DNA from: a virus
Taxonomy: Duplodnaviria > Caudoviricetes
DNA: 36,852 nt
Strand: one strand, 5' to 3'
IMG/VR virus record: IMGVR_UViG_3300043932_000246
Location: 1-36,852 of that record
Shown here one piece after another: positions 1-8,651 of this stretch (within the stretch, counting starts at the first letter, position 1; each line of letters begins with the position of its first letter). The position numbers and the translations under genes were made by a program. Below the pieces are notes generated by a model. That model worked only from the letters and a program-made list of their open reading frames with translations, was not told the origin of the DNA and ran no database searches.

Positions 1-47
1 TTTTACTCTAGTTCGCTAACAAACAGAAAGTACCAGTAAAAAAATAT

Positions 48-78
48 AACCCCGCAATATTATTGATATTACAGGGTT
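48..78 (-). terminator. Hairpin downstream of the att copy (probable original tRNA terminator)
   Basis: AACCCCGCAATAT-tattg-ATATTACAGGGTT inverted repeat next to an A-run on + (U-tract on -). Confidence 0.6.
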
Positions 79-82
79 TCTT

Positions 83-127
83 TGGTGCTCCCAGCAGGAG
101 TCGAACCTGTGACCTACTGATTACGAA
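83..127 (-). repeat. att core copy 1 (3' 45 nt of tRNA-Thr)
   Basis: TGGTGCTCCCAGCAGGAGTCGAACCTGTGACCTACTGATTACGAA is identical to 36726-36770; identity ends at the anticodon loop. Confidence 0.97.
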
Positions 128-252
128 ACACAGCTTATTATTTTTTATTACATAAAATCAAATTTATTTAACTCTTATGAGCTTTCATATATAAGGGTTT
201 ATTATATATACTTTTTTATTATTTTAAATCATACATAATAAAAATATAGTAT

Positions 253-286
253 TTCCCGGTCTAATTTCCGGTTTTTTCTCCGGTCT
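253..286 (+). repeat. Putative integrase arm-binding repeats, element 1 left end
   Basis: CCGGT at 256, 268 and 280 (12-bp period); the same motif recurs at the right end (14286, 14299). Confidence 0.65.
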
Positions 287-389
287 GTTTTCATATTTTA
301 AAATCACATTTTTAATGTATGTATATTTTTTTTGGGACTGTCAAAAATATTAACATATGCATATATTATAATTAGATATATATCTTTAA

Positions 390-418
390 TTGACTTTCTT
401 TTTTAGCTGTGCTATAAT
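390..418 (+). promoter_or_regulatory. SigA-type promoter antisense to the cargo operon
   Basis: TTGACT(390-395)-17 bp-TATAAT(413-418) with extended -10 TG; no + strand ORF follows. Confidence 0.75.
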
Positions 419-424
419 TAGGCT

Positions 425-504
425 ACAAAGAAAGTATTTAGCTCATCTGCCATGTGTAGAAAGAGTATTCGATAACGCTCTTATTATAGGGCGTTATTTG
501 CTTT
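425..504 (+). ncRNA. Putative ~80 nt structured RNA (candidate DUF3800-associated RNA or antitoxin)
   Basis: Follows a consensus promoter. Hairpin CTC-a-TCTGC-catgt-GTAGA-aa-GAG (442-465); hairpin ATAACGCTCT/AGGGCGTTAT (472-497) then TTGCTTT; the 5' and 3' ends can pair. Confidence 0.6.
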
Positions 505-993
505 ATAATTATTATATTCTTTAAGTAGCCTCCTGCGAGTATGACCCTTTTCAATAGGATAAGCTGTAATTAATAAAAAGTAATTATTTCTTACTCCAAG
601 CACAACTAAATAATCAATAGAAGTACAATATATTAGTATATTTTTTTTACCTCTTCTAATATTTCTCCATATACACAATTCTTCGCATGATGTATCACTA
701 CATTTATTAATAAGTTGCTCAGCCCATGTTATTCTTTCGTATCTGCGTAAATTAGGGCTCCTATCAAGCTCATTTCCTGTATCCTCATAATTTTCGCATA
801 CCATGTGATAAAACCCTGAACGTTTATCATATTCTGGCGGATAATGTTTCATTGCAACAGACTTTCCATGAAAAGTTATTGCGTTATTTTCATATAATCT
901 TAAAAACTTATTAAATATTTTATCTTCATATTTTTTAAATTCTGAAAGGTCTTCACACTCAGATATTTCCCGGCTATGCTTACATTTCACCAT
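484..993 (-). CDS. Small basic protein, probable BECR/RelE-like nuclease fold
   Basis: 169 aa ORF tightly coupled to the DUF3800 gene. GFYHM, RRYERITW and YLVVLGVRNNYFLLITAYP motifs resemble barnase/RelE-like nucleases (inference). Confidence 0.55.
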   Translation of the reverse strand: MVKCKHSREISECEDLSEFKKYEDKIFNKFLRLYENNAITFHGKSVAMKHYPPEYDKRSGFYHMVCENYEDTGNELDRSPNLRRYERITWAEQLINKCSDTSCEELCIWRNIRRGKKNILIYCTSIDYLVVLGVRNNYFLLITAYPIEKGHTRRRLLKEYNNYKANNAL

Positions 994-994
994 A

Positions 995-1723
995 TTACCT
1001 TATCCCCCTAGGTTTCCAAACAAAAAGATTAAATTTACTTTCTGATAAAGGCGTAGTATGCTCTAATGTACGCCCTGAATACTCAATTAATTCATTACAT
1101 AATTCAATTTTAGCCAATGATAAATTATCAGCAGGAAAATTTCCTTTAAGAAATCTATTCTTATATCCAATTGCACCAATAAATAAATCACAAAACTGCA
1201 GTAGTTCAGATTCGTATGATTTAATAATTTGTATATTCTTTAAACAATCGTCACTAAATTTATAAAGAAAACTATCTATAATATGTTTTAATTTTTTAAC
1301 CTTTGGACCACCATTCGTATCTTTTATATCTATATAAATATTATATTGCTTAGTAGGATCTAACATTTTACTTAATAGCAAATAATACATTTTATAGTAC
1401 CATTCATCATAAGTTTGGTTATATGAATCATTCTCTAGCGATTTTTTATTAGTTGCAATTACACTTCTAAATTGTAACGATTGATTATTCCAAAAATACT
1501 GTATTAATTCCTTATAAAATTCAATTTTTCCAGGCGAAACTTTTGTCCATTTTATTTCAAATCCTGTTTTCAGTCCATGCTTAGTTTTAATGCTTCTTAT
1601 ATCATCAGCCACCTCACGAACCTTATCCTTTGAACATGAAATAGCCCCTAATATCATATAATCTGAATTATCATTTTCTAGATGACAACTTTCATCACAA
1701 TATACATTAATCAATAACACCAC
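995..1723 (-). CDS. DUF3800 domain protein (RNase H-like)
   Basis: N-terminal YCDESCH, EIKW, YIDIKD and C-terminal LLQFCDLFIGA motifs; likely start is TTG at 1714. Confidence 0.85.
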   Translation of the reverse strand: MVLLINVYCDESCHLENDNSDYMILGAISCSKDKVREVADDIRSIKTKHGLKTGFEIKWTKVSPGKIEFYKELIQYFWNNQSLQFRSVIATNKKSLENDSYNQTYDEWYYKMYYLLLSKMLDPTKQYNIYIDIKDTNGGPKVKKLKHIIDSFLYKFSDDCLKNIQIIKSYESELLQFCDLFIGAIGYKNRFLKGNFPADNLSLAKIELCNELIEYSGRTLEHTTPLSESKFNLFVWKPRGIR

Positions 1724-1890
1724 TCCAATTTATTTTACAATATATTTATTATACTACCATATTTTATAAAATTCATTATTGATTATTATCTGTATGTTTG
1801 TTACAATACAGTAATTTTTTATCAATAGTGAAAAGAACCCCTTAAGCTAAAGAGACTCTTAAAAGGGTCCTCTCTATATCGAATTTCTTG

Positions 1891-3081
1891 TTATATTATT
1901 AAATTTAAGTTACTAAGTAATTCTTCAAAAATTTTTCTTCTTTCTCCATTATCTTTTTTGGAGAATTCAACTGTATTATACCAATCAATTAACAAATCTT
2001 TTTGTTTATCATTAATTTGTTTTCCATTAATATATACAAATACACCTATGATATATGTTATATAATCTATTCTTTTTGGTTCTTCCAGTTTATTATCATC
2101 TATAAAATCAAGTGTTTGTTGTAATGCTTTCAGTGTCATAGAAAATATTTTTCTTATTTGTTCTGCTTCTAATTCACTTATCAAATTAGCTTTTGTATCA
2201 GATGGTATTGGACTAAAATTAATTTTATGAGGTGACTCAGTATAAACTTCATAAGCTGGATTAAGAGCCGCAAGTGGAATCGATATTTCCGTATCTTTAA
2301 AAACAAATAAACCTTCAAGAGATGCTTGTCTTAATATTTCTCTAAATCCATTAGCGTATTCTTTATAATAATCTACTCCTTTTATTAACATATTTGTAAG
2401 CTCTACCTCAACTTTACTAACTGTACTACCTGCTAAATTGAGTACCCTAAACCATTGTTGTTGTTCAAATTCAGTCAAATCTCTTGCATAATTAACAGTA
2501 TAATAGTATCCTAAAAATTTATTTCTTATTGCTGTTAAAAGATTTTGTACCTCAAATTCTTGTAATGCTTTATGTTGACTAAGATATTCCTTAAATACAT
2601 TTCTATCCTTATTATACAATTTTCCCACTGGTATCTGAGATTTTTTTAAAGCTTCCATATTCAGAATGAATTTTCCTCGAGATATATCCAATACAATACA
2701 TTTAAAATCATCATGATCTATATATGCCTTAAAATTGCAGCTTAGTCTTTGCTGTCCATCATTAACAGATTGTTTTCCCACTATATCATCACTACTACTT
2801 ATAAGTTTTCTTTCTATGAAAGTAACCTGCGGTACTGCTAAATTCTTATTTTCAATTATATTAACAGATATTGGAGAAACTGCAGCTTTACCACTTAATT
2901 GAAAGTTTAATAAATCTACACATTTTTCTATTCTCCATCTAATATATGTTTGAAATATTGGAAGAGTCATTTTACCTTCCTCAATCATTTGACATAAATT
3001 ACCTAATGACACTGGTTTTGATTCTTTTGTTGGATCAACACTAGCATATTTTTGTAATTGATTATTTATTTTTATTACCAT
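1891..3081 (-). CDS. DUF262 (GmrS/ParB-like) domain protein
   Basis: LPIFQTYIRW and NDGQQRL motifs plus FRVLNLAG; no C-terminal HNH recognised. Confidence 0.8.
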   Translation of the reverse strand: MVIKINNQLQKYASVDPTKESKPVSLGNLCQMIEEGKMTLPIFQTYIRWRIEKCVDLLNFQLSGKAAVSPISVNIIENKNLAVPQVTFIERKLISSSDDIVGKQSVNDGQQRLSCNFKAYIDHDDFKCIVLDISRGKFILNMEALKKSQIPVGKLYNKDRNVFKEYLSQHKALQEFEVQNLLTAIRNKFLGYYYTVNYARDLTEFEQQQWFRVLNLAGSTVSKVEVELTNMLIKGVDYYKEYANGFREILRQASLEGLFVFKDTEISIPLAALNPAYEVYTESPHKINFSPIPSDTKANLISELEAEQIRKIFSMTLKALQQTLDFIDDNKLEEPKRIDYITYIIGVFVYINGKQINDKQKDLLIDWYNTVEFSKKDNGERRKIFEELLSNLNLII

Positions 3082-3354
3082 ATTATTTCTCCTCTTGATT
3101 TATTATACTTATATAATACTATGCTTCTTGTAAAAAATCAATTATTTTTTTATTTTTTATTTTAATTTATTTAAGCAGCTTACGTATTTTTTTCTTTATA
3201 TATACGTTTTTGCATGTTTTTACTCTTAGCTGCTATTTTTATAAGCATAGAAGTTAATATAAAGTAATGAAAATTTATTGATATGTTTTTTATTTAGGTA
3301 AAAAAATAAAACTTAAAACAAATTCACCGTTCTAAGTCTTATCTATTATTTAAA

Positions 3355-3717
3355 TTATCTCTTATCAACATTTTCATAAATACTATCGGCTAATTCCTCA
3401 ATAATTTTAGATTTTAACCGTGCAATATAAATGGGAGTTAAGTCCAGCTCCATAGCTATATCCTTTATTTTGAATCTGTGGAAGTACTTCATTTCAATTA
3501 TTTTCAGGTCCCTGTCCTTCAAGGCTGAAAGCATATTATTTACTCTTCTGACTTCAAACTGTTTCTGCTTCTTTACATAATTGAGTCTCTCTATCTCTTC
3601 TAAATCCGGATTGTCACTCAAATTCGCATCCTCTATATCAAGGACTATATTTTTTATTATTGCAATATTTGTGGTGTAATTTTTAAGCATTTTCTCAACC
3701 ACTTTTTCTTTATCCAT
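3355..3717 (-). CDS. ArpU/sigma region 4-like transcriptional regulator
   Basis: LSALKDRDLKIIEMKYF...IKDIAMELDLT C-terminal HTH; start moved to MDKEK. Confidence 0.7.
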   Translation of the reverse strand: MDKEKVVEKMLKNYTTNIAIIKNIVLDIEDANLSDNPDLEEIERLNYVKKQKQFEVRRVNNMLSALKDRDLKIIEMKYFHRFKIKDIAMELDLTPIYIARLKSKIIEELADSIYENVDKR

Positions 3718-4453
3718 TAGTAACAGCCCTCCCATCTGCTAAAAAGTCATGACGTAAGTACTTACTCTCAAAATCCATAGCTTTTATTTTATCAGCAATG
3801 CTATATCTACTATTATAAAAAGTTCCTTTATAATATTCCTGAGCCTTTTTCCTGCCCCAAGTACTATTTCTTAGTTTTCTTAATGCCCTGTTTTCTGTAT
3901 TTCTGACATTTTCATATGATACATTGAATATTTCTCCTGTTTCGGTGAGAGTAACACATTTGTTATTGTCCCACCCATAACGGAGCTTCAGTACCTCCGT
4001 TTCCACCAGTGTATTATTTTCCATCATGGCATTTTCAAGTTCTTCCCTGAGCTGCACATTATAAATTTTATTCTCTACATTTTCGTAAAGGTTATTTTCA
4101 TCTTTTATACAATCCATTAATTCAGTATTACCGTCATTTTGCGGAGTGTATATACTGACTTCCTCATTAGTGCTCTTCTGGTGAATATACCTATTCATTT
4201 TCTGGTATATCCAATACACGGCATAAGTTATAAATTTACAAGGCTTTTCAATATTAAACTTATACTTCTTAGCTGCAGTCATAAGTCCTATAAATCCCTC
4301 CTGCTCCAGATCCTTTTTATCTATAGAATTTGTTTTTTTAGTATAGAATTTATTAACCAGTTTATATACTATCTTTTTATTGCTCTCCACAAGCTCGTCC
4401 AGGGCACTTTTATTACCTTCTTGATATGATTGTACTAATTCCTTATTGGACAT
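3710..4453 (-). CDS. Sigma-70 family RNA polymerase sigma factor
   Basis: Region 2 DLEQEGFIGLMTAAKKY..FITYAVYWI and region 4 TLTETGEIFNVSYENVRNTENRALRKLR. Confidence 0.9.
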   Translation of the reverse strand: MSNKELVQSYQEGNKSALDELVESNKKIVYKLVNKFYTKKTNSIDKKDLEQEGFIGLMTAAKKYKFNIEKPCKFITYAVYWIYQKMNRYIHQKSTNEEVSIYTPQNDGNTELMDCIKDENNLYENVENKIYNVQLREELENAMMENNTLVETEVLKLRYGWDNNKCVTLTETGEIFNVSYENVRNTENRALRKLRNSTWGRKKAQEYYKGTFYNSRYSIADKIKAMDFESKYLRHDFLADGRAVTNG

Positions 4454-4504
4454 CTTAAAATCACCCTTATACAGAAATAGGGACAAATGCATGTCCCATT
4501 GGTC

Positions 4505-4750
4505 TTATTTCAATCCCAATATACTATTTATTTGAGTTTGAACTTCTTCCTTACTTTGAACAGCTTTGTGGTCGGCAGCCTTTTGAGATTTACTCTGCTT
4601 ATAAAGATTTTTTATCTTGCCTATTTTTTCATCCATTTTAACCTGTTTACTGATGTCCCCAGTCTTAGCATAAAGATCTCTTATAGTCTGCAACTCCGGC
4701 ATTATATCGTCTATCATGTCACTTGCATATTCATAATTTTCTTCACTCAT
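4505..4750 (-). CDS. Hypothetical protein
   Basis: 81 aa ORF with GGAGG RBS, inside the operon. Confidence 0.7.
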   Translation of the reverse strand: MSEENYEYASDMIDDIMPELQTIRDLYAKTGDISKQVKMDEKIGKIKNLYKQSKSQKAADHKAVQSKEEVQTQINSILGLK

Positions 4751-4769
4751 TTTTTTATTACCTCCAATT

Positions 4770-5378
4770 TTATAAATATATGTTATTTGCTGAACGATTC
4801 AACCTCATTTGAATGTCCCTGTAACTGCTGCTACTTATAAACATATCATCCGTACAATGGTATTCCTTACTATGCTTATCCAATGTATTGGCAACTTTAT
4901 CCTTAATTTCTTTTGAAACATTATCAGCCATTATATCTATTGAATGTCTCAGCACATATATATCACACAGCTTGTTTTCATAACAATCAAGTAAATTAAG
5001 ATACTTTTCTTTTACTTCTACAATTGATTTTTTTAAATCATCAAGCCCTATCCTTTGTATATAAAAATCTATTTCTTCCTGTAAACCAGATAAACTATAC
5101 TGAAAATTACCAGCACCCATAAGACTAATTATTTCAGATACTTTATTCATATTGTCCTGGATGTTATCAACATCTTTCTTATACTGGACCAACTTTTCAA
5201 AAACTGCATCATCAAAAGTTTGTTTATATTCTGCTTCCAATTCTGATATTTCTTGATTTTTGGATTGAAGCTGGTTCCTTAATTCAGCTATAAGTGCATT
5301 TTTCTCAGATATTTTTGAATTTCTCTGGTCTATATATTCTTTTAATTTAACCACAAAGGGTATTGTATTTTCTTCCAT
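4770..5378 (-). CDS. Coiled-coil hypothetical protein
   Basis: 202 aa, heptad-rich N-terminal half, AGGAG RBS. Confidence 0.75.
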   Translation of the reverse strand: MEENTIPFVVKLKEYIDQRNSKISEKNALIAELRNQLQSKNQEISELEAEYKQTFDDAVFEKLVQYKKDVDNIQDNMNKVSEIISLMGAGNFQYSLSGLQEEIDFYIQRIGLDDLKKSIVEVKEKYLNLLDCYENKLCDIYVLRHSIDIMADNVSKEIKDKVANTLDKHSKEYHCTDDMFISSSSYRDIQMRLNRSANNIYL

Positions 5379-5397
5379 TACATAACACTCCTATCAA

Positions 5398-5814
5398 TTA
5401 TTTTATTTTCCCCATCCTCTTAAATCTTTCCAGCTGTTCGGCAAGCTCGTTTTCATCTATACTATTGTCAGTTTCATCACTATAGGTTTCAGCTACTGAC
5501 GTTGTATTGCCATAAACCCTATTCAAAAGGTACTGGTTGGCAGCAAGACACGTTCTTTTATCGCTTTTATCTTTGGCCAGCTCTTTGATTTTATCTATAT
5601 ATGATTTAACATCTTTAAGAATATAGTTATTACCTTCATTTACAATGTCCTGACGCCTTCTGTTGAGTTCGGCTTTGATATTGTCTTTATTAAGCCATGA
5701 ATATATAGTAGACCTTGTTACATTTACAGACCGTGCTATGGCTGCTATAGTCTCACCCTGAATAATCATGGAAATCATCTTTTCCTGCTTCTCATTCAAT
5801 ACCACACTAAACAT
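5398..5814 (-). CDS. HTH protein, terminase small subunit-like (phBC6A51-type)
   Basis: TIAAIARSVNVTRSTIYSWL HTH followed by a CLAANQYLLNRVYG helix typical of TerS-like proteins. Confidence 0.6.
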   Translation of the reverse strand: MFSVVLNEKQEKMISMIIQGETIAAIARSVNVTRSTIYSWLNKDNIKAELNRRRQDIVNEGNNYILKDVKSYIDKIKELAKDKSDKRTCLAANQYLLNRVYGNTTSVAETYSDETDNSIDENELAEQLERFKRMGKIK

Positions 5815-6026
5815 AGGTTATCCCTCCTTTACTACAAAATAAAAAGCACAGAAAATTGTTCAATCCAATAAAGGATTTACTTAATTTCCCGTGCCTGAAT
5901 ATATCGGCTTCCACACCTGACGGTGTAGGGTACTTTCAATAGTTATATTTTATTATATTATATCATAAAATCATTTATAAAGCCAATGATATCAACACTT
6001 TAGTATGATATTACTATATTGATATT

Positions 6027-6257
6027 TTAACTTGTTAATTTCATCTGTGTAAAAAAAATATCGTTAACTGATAATCCAAATGTCTTTGATACACTTATTG
6101 CTTCTAACATTGTCCATTTGGGAATTTTATTATTTAATCTTCTTCGTAAAGTAGTATGTGTCATTCCCGTTTTTTTACATAAATCCTCCTGTGTCCAATT
6201 TTTGTATTTCAGAAGCAACTTAATATTATCACTTGTATATTTTAAATCGTTAACCAT
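6027..6257 (-). CDS. XRE-family HTH regulator
   Basis: WTQEDLCKKTGMTHTTLRRRL...FGLSVNDIFF. Confidence 0.85.
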   Translation of the reverse strand: MVNDLKYTSDNIKLLLKYKNWTQEDLCKKTGMTHTTLRRRLNNKIPKWTMLEAISVSKTFGLSVNDIFFTQMKLTS

Positions 6258-6422
6258 GTTTTTTCACCTTCCTTAATTTTACTTATTTGAAATTATAACC
6301 ATTTTTCTATTTTAATAACTATCTATGATTATATTTTTTCTTCCATTGCTGTAGTTCCTGAATATCAGGTTTTTTATTCCGCAATTTGCAGTAATCCATA
6401 TAAGCTATAAATATTGGTAAAC

Positions 6423-6635
6423 TCATCTTACAACACACTTCTTATGTTTTTCTCTTTCTTGGCGCTTCCCTATCATAACACCATAGTTGAAACATCTTAC
6501 AGCTAGAATACTAAGTGCCATATCACAATCTAACTCTTCAATAGACTTTTTTATAATTCTAAATAGATCATCAATATGTTCGTGAGACCTTACTTGAGTA
6601 TTAATACTTTTTTCATCAATTCTATTCATTTCCAA
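6423..6635 (-). CDS. Small phage hypothetical protein
   Basis: GGAGG RBS; FNYGVMIGKRQER motif common in small phage proteins. Confidence 0.65.
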   Translation of the reverse strand: MEMNRIDEKSINTQVRSHEHIDDLFRIIKKSIEELDCDMALSILAVRCFNYGVMIGKRQEREKHKKCVVR

Positions 6636-6895
6636 TTTTCCTCCCTTGACATAGTGCTTATTCAGGAAGTAGACTTATAATTGTCTGAGTTATAGGCTTA
6701 CTTCCTTTGGTAAGCAGATTTTTATTTATTTTAGGTCTATGTAAAATCTTTTATATAGACCCTTTTTATATTCCTTTGATACCTTTATCACATCAAACAT
6801 GCTCTTTATTTTTTCTATATATACTTTTTCTTCGATATTTTCAGGAACACTCAATACAAATCTTATCCTATCTTTCTTTTTCATTTAGCCCTCCT

Positions 6896-7123
6896 TTACA
6901 TAGTTAATTCAACATCTTTAACCTTTTTGGATCTCACTCTTTTTCCCGTAATAAGCCTATGCAGTTCTAAATTCCTTTTTATAGCTGATAAGTTCTTTTT
7001 TATAAATATAAACGCAATTCCATATTTTTTTATTCTAAACCCTGGAACAGAACCACTCTCATTTTCTGCAAGTATAAATTTCTGTCCTCTATATTTAAAA
7101 ACTTTAATTCCAATTTTATTCAT
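6896..7123 (-). CDS. Hypothetical protein (possible ImmA/IrrE-like fragment)
   Basis: FIFIKKNLSAIKRNLELHRL resembles the segment before HExxH, but the motif itself is absent. Confidence 0.5.
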   Translation of the reverse strand: MNKIGIKVFKYRGQKFILAENESGSVPGFRIKKYGIAFIFIKKNLSAIKRNLELHRLITGKRVRSKKVKDVELTM

Positions 7124-7394
7124 TAATAACCCCTCCTGTATACTTGTCCATAGAATTAAATATTTCTTTAATAATTCTCACTTTATTTTCCGGTGTAAGA
7201 TGCTTATCCTGACCGTCTATAATGTTGCGTATCCATTCCAATATCAAATGATTAGCAATGCTTAAAGCTTTTAACCCCTCTTTTGGTATTCCTGATGTGG
7301 CTCTGTATATATCAATTTTACTAAAACTCAATATATTCTCCACAAAGACCTGGTTAACCGCTGCTTTCATGCTTTCATCATTAATTCTTTTCAT
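7116..7394 (-). CDS. Hypothetical protein
   Basis: 92 aa ORF with AAAGGAG RBS. Confidence 0.65.
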   Translation of the reverse strand: MKRINDESMKAAVNQVFVENILSFSKIDIYRATSGIPKEGLKALSIANHLILEWIRNIIDGQDKHLTPENKVRIIKEIFNSMDKYTGGVINE

Positions 7395-8021
7395 ACAAAC
7401 GCTCCTTTCAATTTACATATATTTACTATGGTATTTTGAAATTCTGTAGAAATTGTGGTACCAATCACCGGGCCACTTTCAAATTTTCAGATTAGAAGGT
7501 GGGGGCCCTACTCCAATAAATTTCATACTCTCCCATTATAAATATTTATACATTTCTAATATTTTATCTAAATGATATATAGTTTCAATTAATAATCCAA
7601 TTTCGTTAAAATGACTGTTTAACGTATGTTAATTTATCTGTTAAAATGCTATTAAAGTATTGATACAACTACATTTACATTAATTTCGCTTTTTTAGTTA
7701 CATAAATTCTTATTGAGAATGGCTCCAAAATGGAAATTATTCTACCTTTTATTACCTAATATTACATTTAATATGCTGTATTCTACTATTTATTTACAAT
7801 GTATATCTATTTAATAATTATGCATATAGATGTATATTAATCAGCTATTGAGCTTAATGGTCAGTTCCTTTGTGGTGCTTTCCTGCTCGTTTACCGCTGT
7901 CAGCGTCAGCCTTGAATCTAAAGCTACAGCATAAACATACACCAGCTACTACAGCACCAATACTCAGATACATATCACCCCTTTATCTATACAGCCATTA
8001 CGGAAGTATACAGCTATACAC

Positions 8022-8303
8022 TTACAGCTTATCTCTTAGTACATATTCAAGATTAATAAGTCCTTGTGATATCTCCTTTATTCTGTCATATTTCAATGGC
8101 TTCAGATACTTATCTATATAACTTTGCATATCTTCTTTAGTATCAAATTCAGCATATCCAATAACTTCACCATTCCTCCATCCTGAACTCTTAATAAACT
8201 TGATATTTCTTTTTGGTTCATCATCCCAATTAAGAGATATATAATCCACATTATCTAAATTGACCAAACGATTTCCCTCTGTTCTTATGAACATCTTTAT
8301 CAA
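8022..8303 (-). CDS. Hypothetical protein
   Basis: 93 aa ORF with AAAGGA RBS. Confidence 0.6.
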   Translation of the reverse strand: MIKMFIRTEGNRLVNLDNVDYISLNWDDEPKRNIKFIKSSGWRNGEVIGYAEFDTKEDMQSYIDKYLKPLKYDRIKEISQGLINLEYVLRDKL

Positions 8304-8369
8304 ATCCTTTCTATGATATTCTCTATTTTTCTATATCAGTATTTATCATATTATTGTCCCTTTCATTTA

Positions 8370-8651
8370 CATTACGGTGAGTGCCCATTTAACATCAACT
8401 TAATAATTCACCTATTCCAAACTGTTGATATAAATTATTTTTTTAATATATTGATGACTTGGTGAAATTAAAATCACTTTTATACTATATATAACTTTAT
8501 ATACTACTTTATATATGAAGTTATATTTTACATACATATACGTACATTTAACTCATCAAACTCACCAATATAGATATATACATTGAAAACACTGGCTTTT
8601 ATTATGGTGACTATTAAAGAAATAATATTCACCCTATATCACCTTCTCACC
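8370..8651. other. Putative replication origin of element 1
   Basis: About eight TCACC/GGTGA pentamers in both orientations around an AT-rich core, directly downstream of the primase-helicase. Confidence 0.6.

Noticed and set aside
83-127. Extra tRNA genes at 83-127 and 14351-14396
   Set aside because: Only the 3' half up to the anticodon loop is present; these are att duplications.
4139-4840. + strand ORFs 4139-4429 and 4487-4840, and similar short antisense ORFs elsewhere (e.g. 6927, 15146, 24985, 36057)
   Set aside because: They overlap well-supported genes on the opposite strand and have no recognisable motifs.
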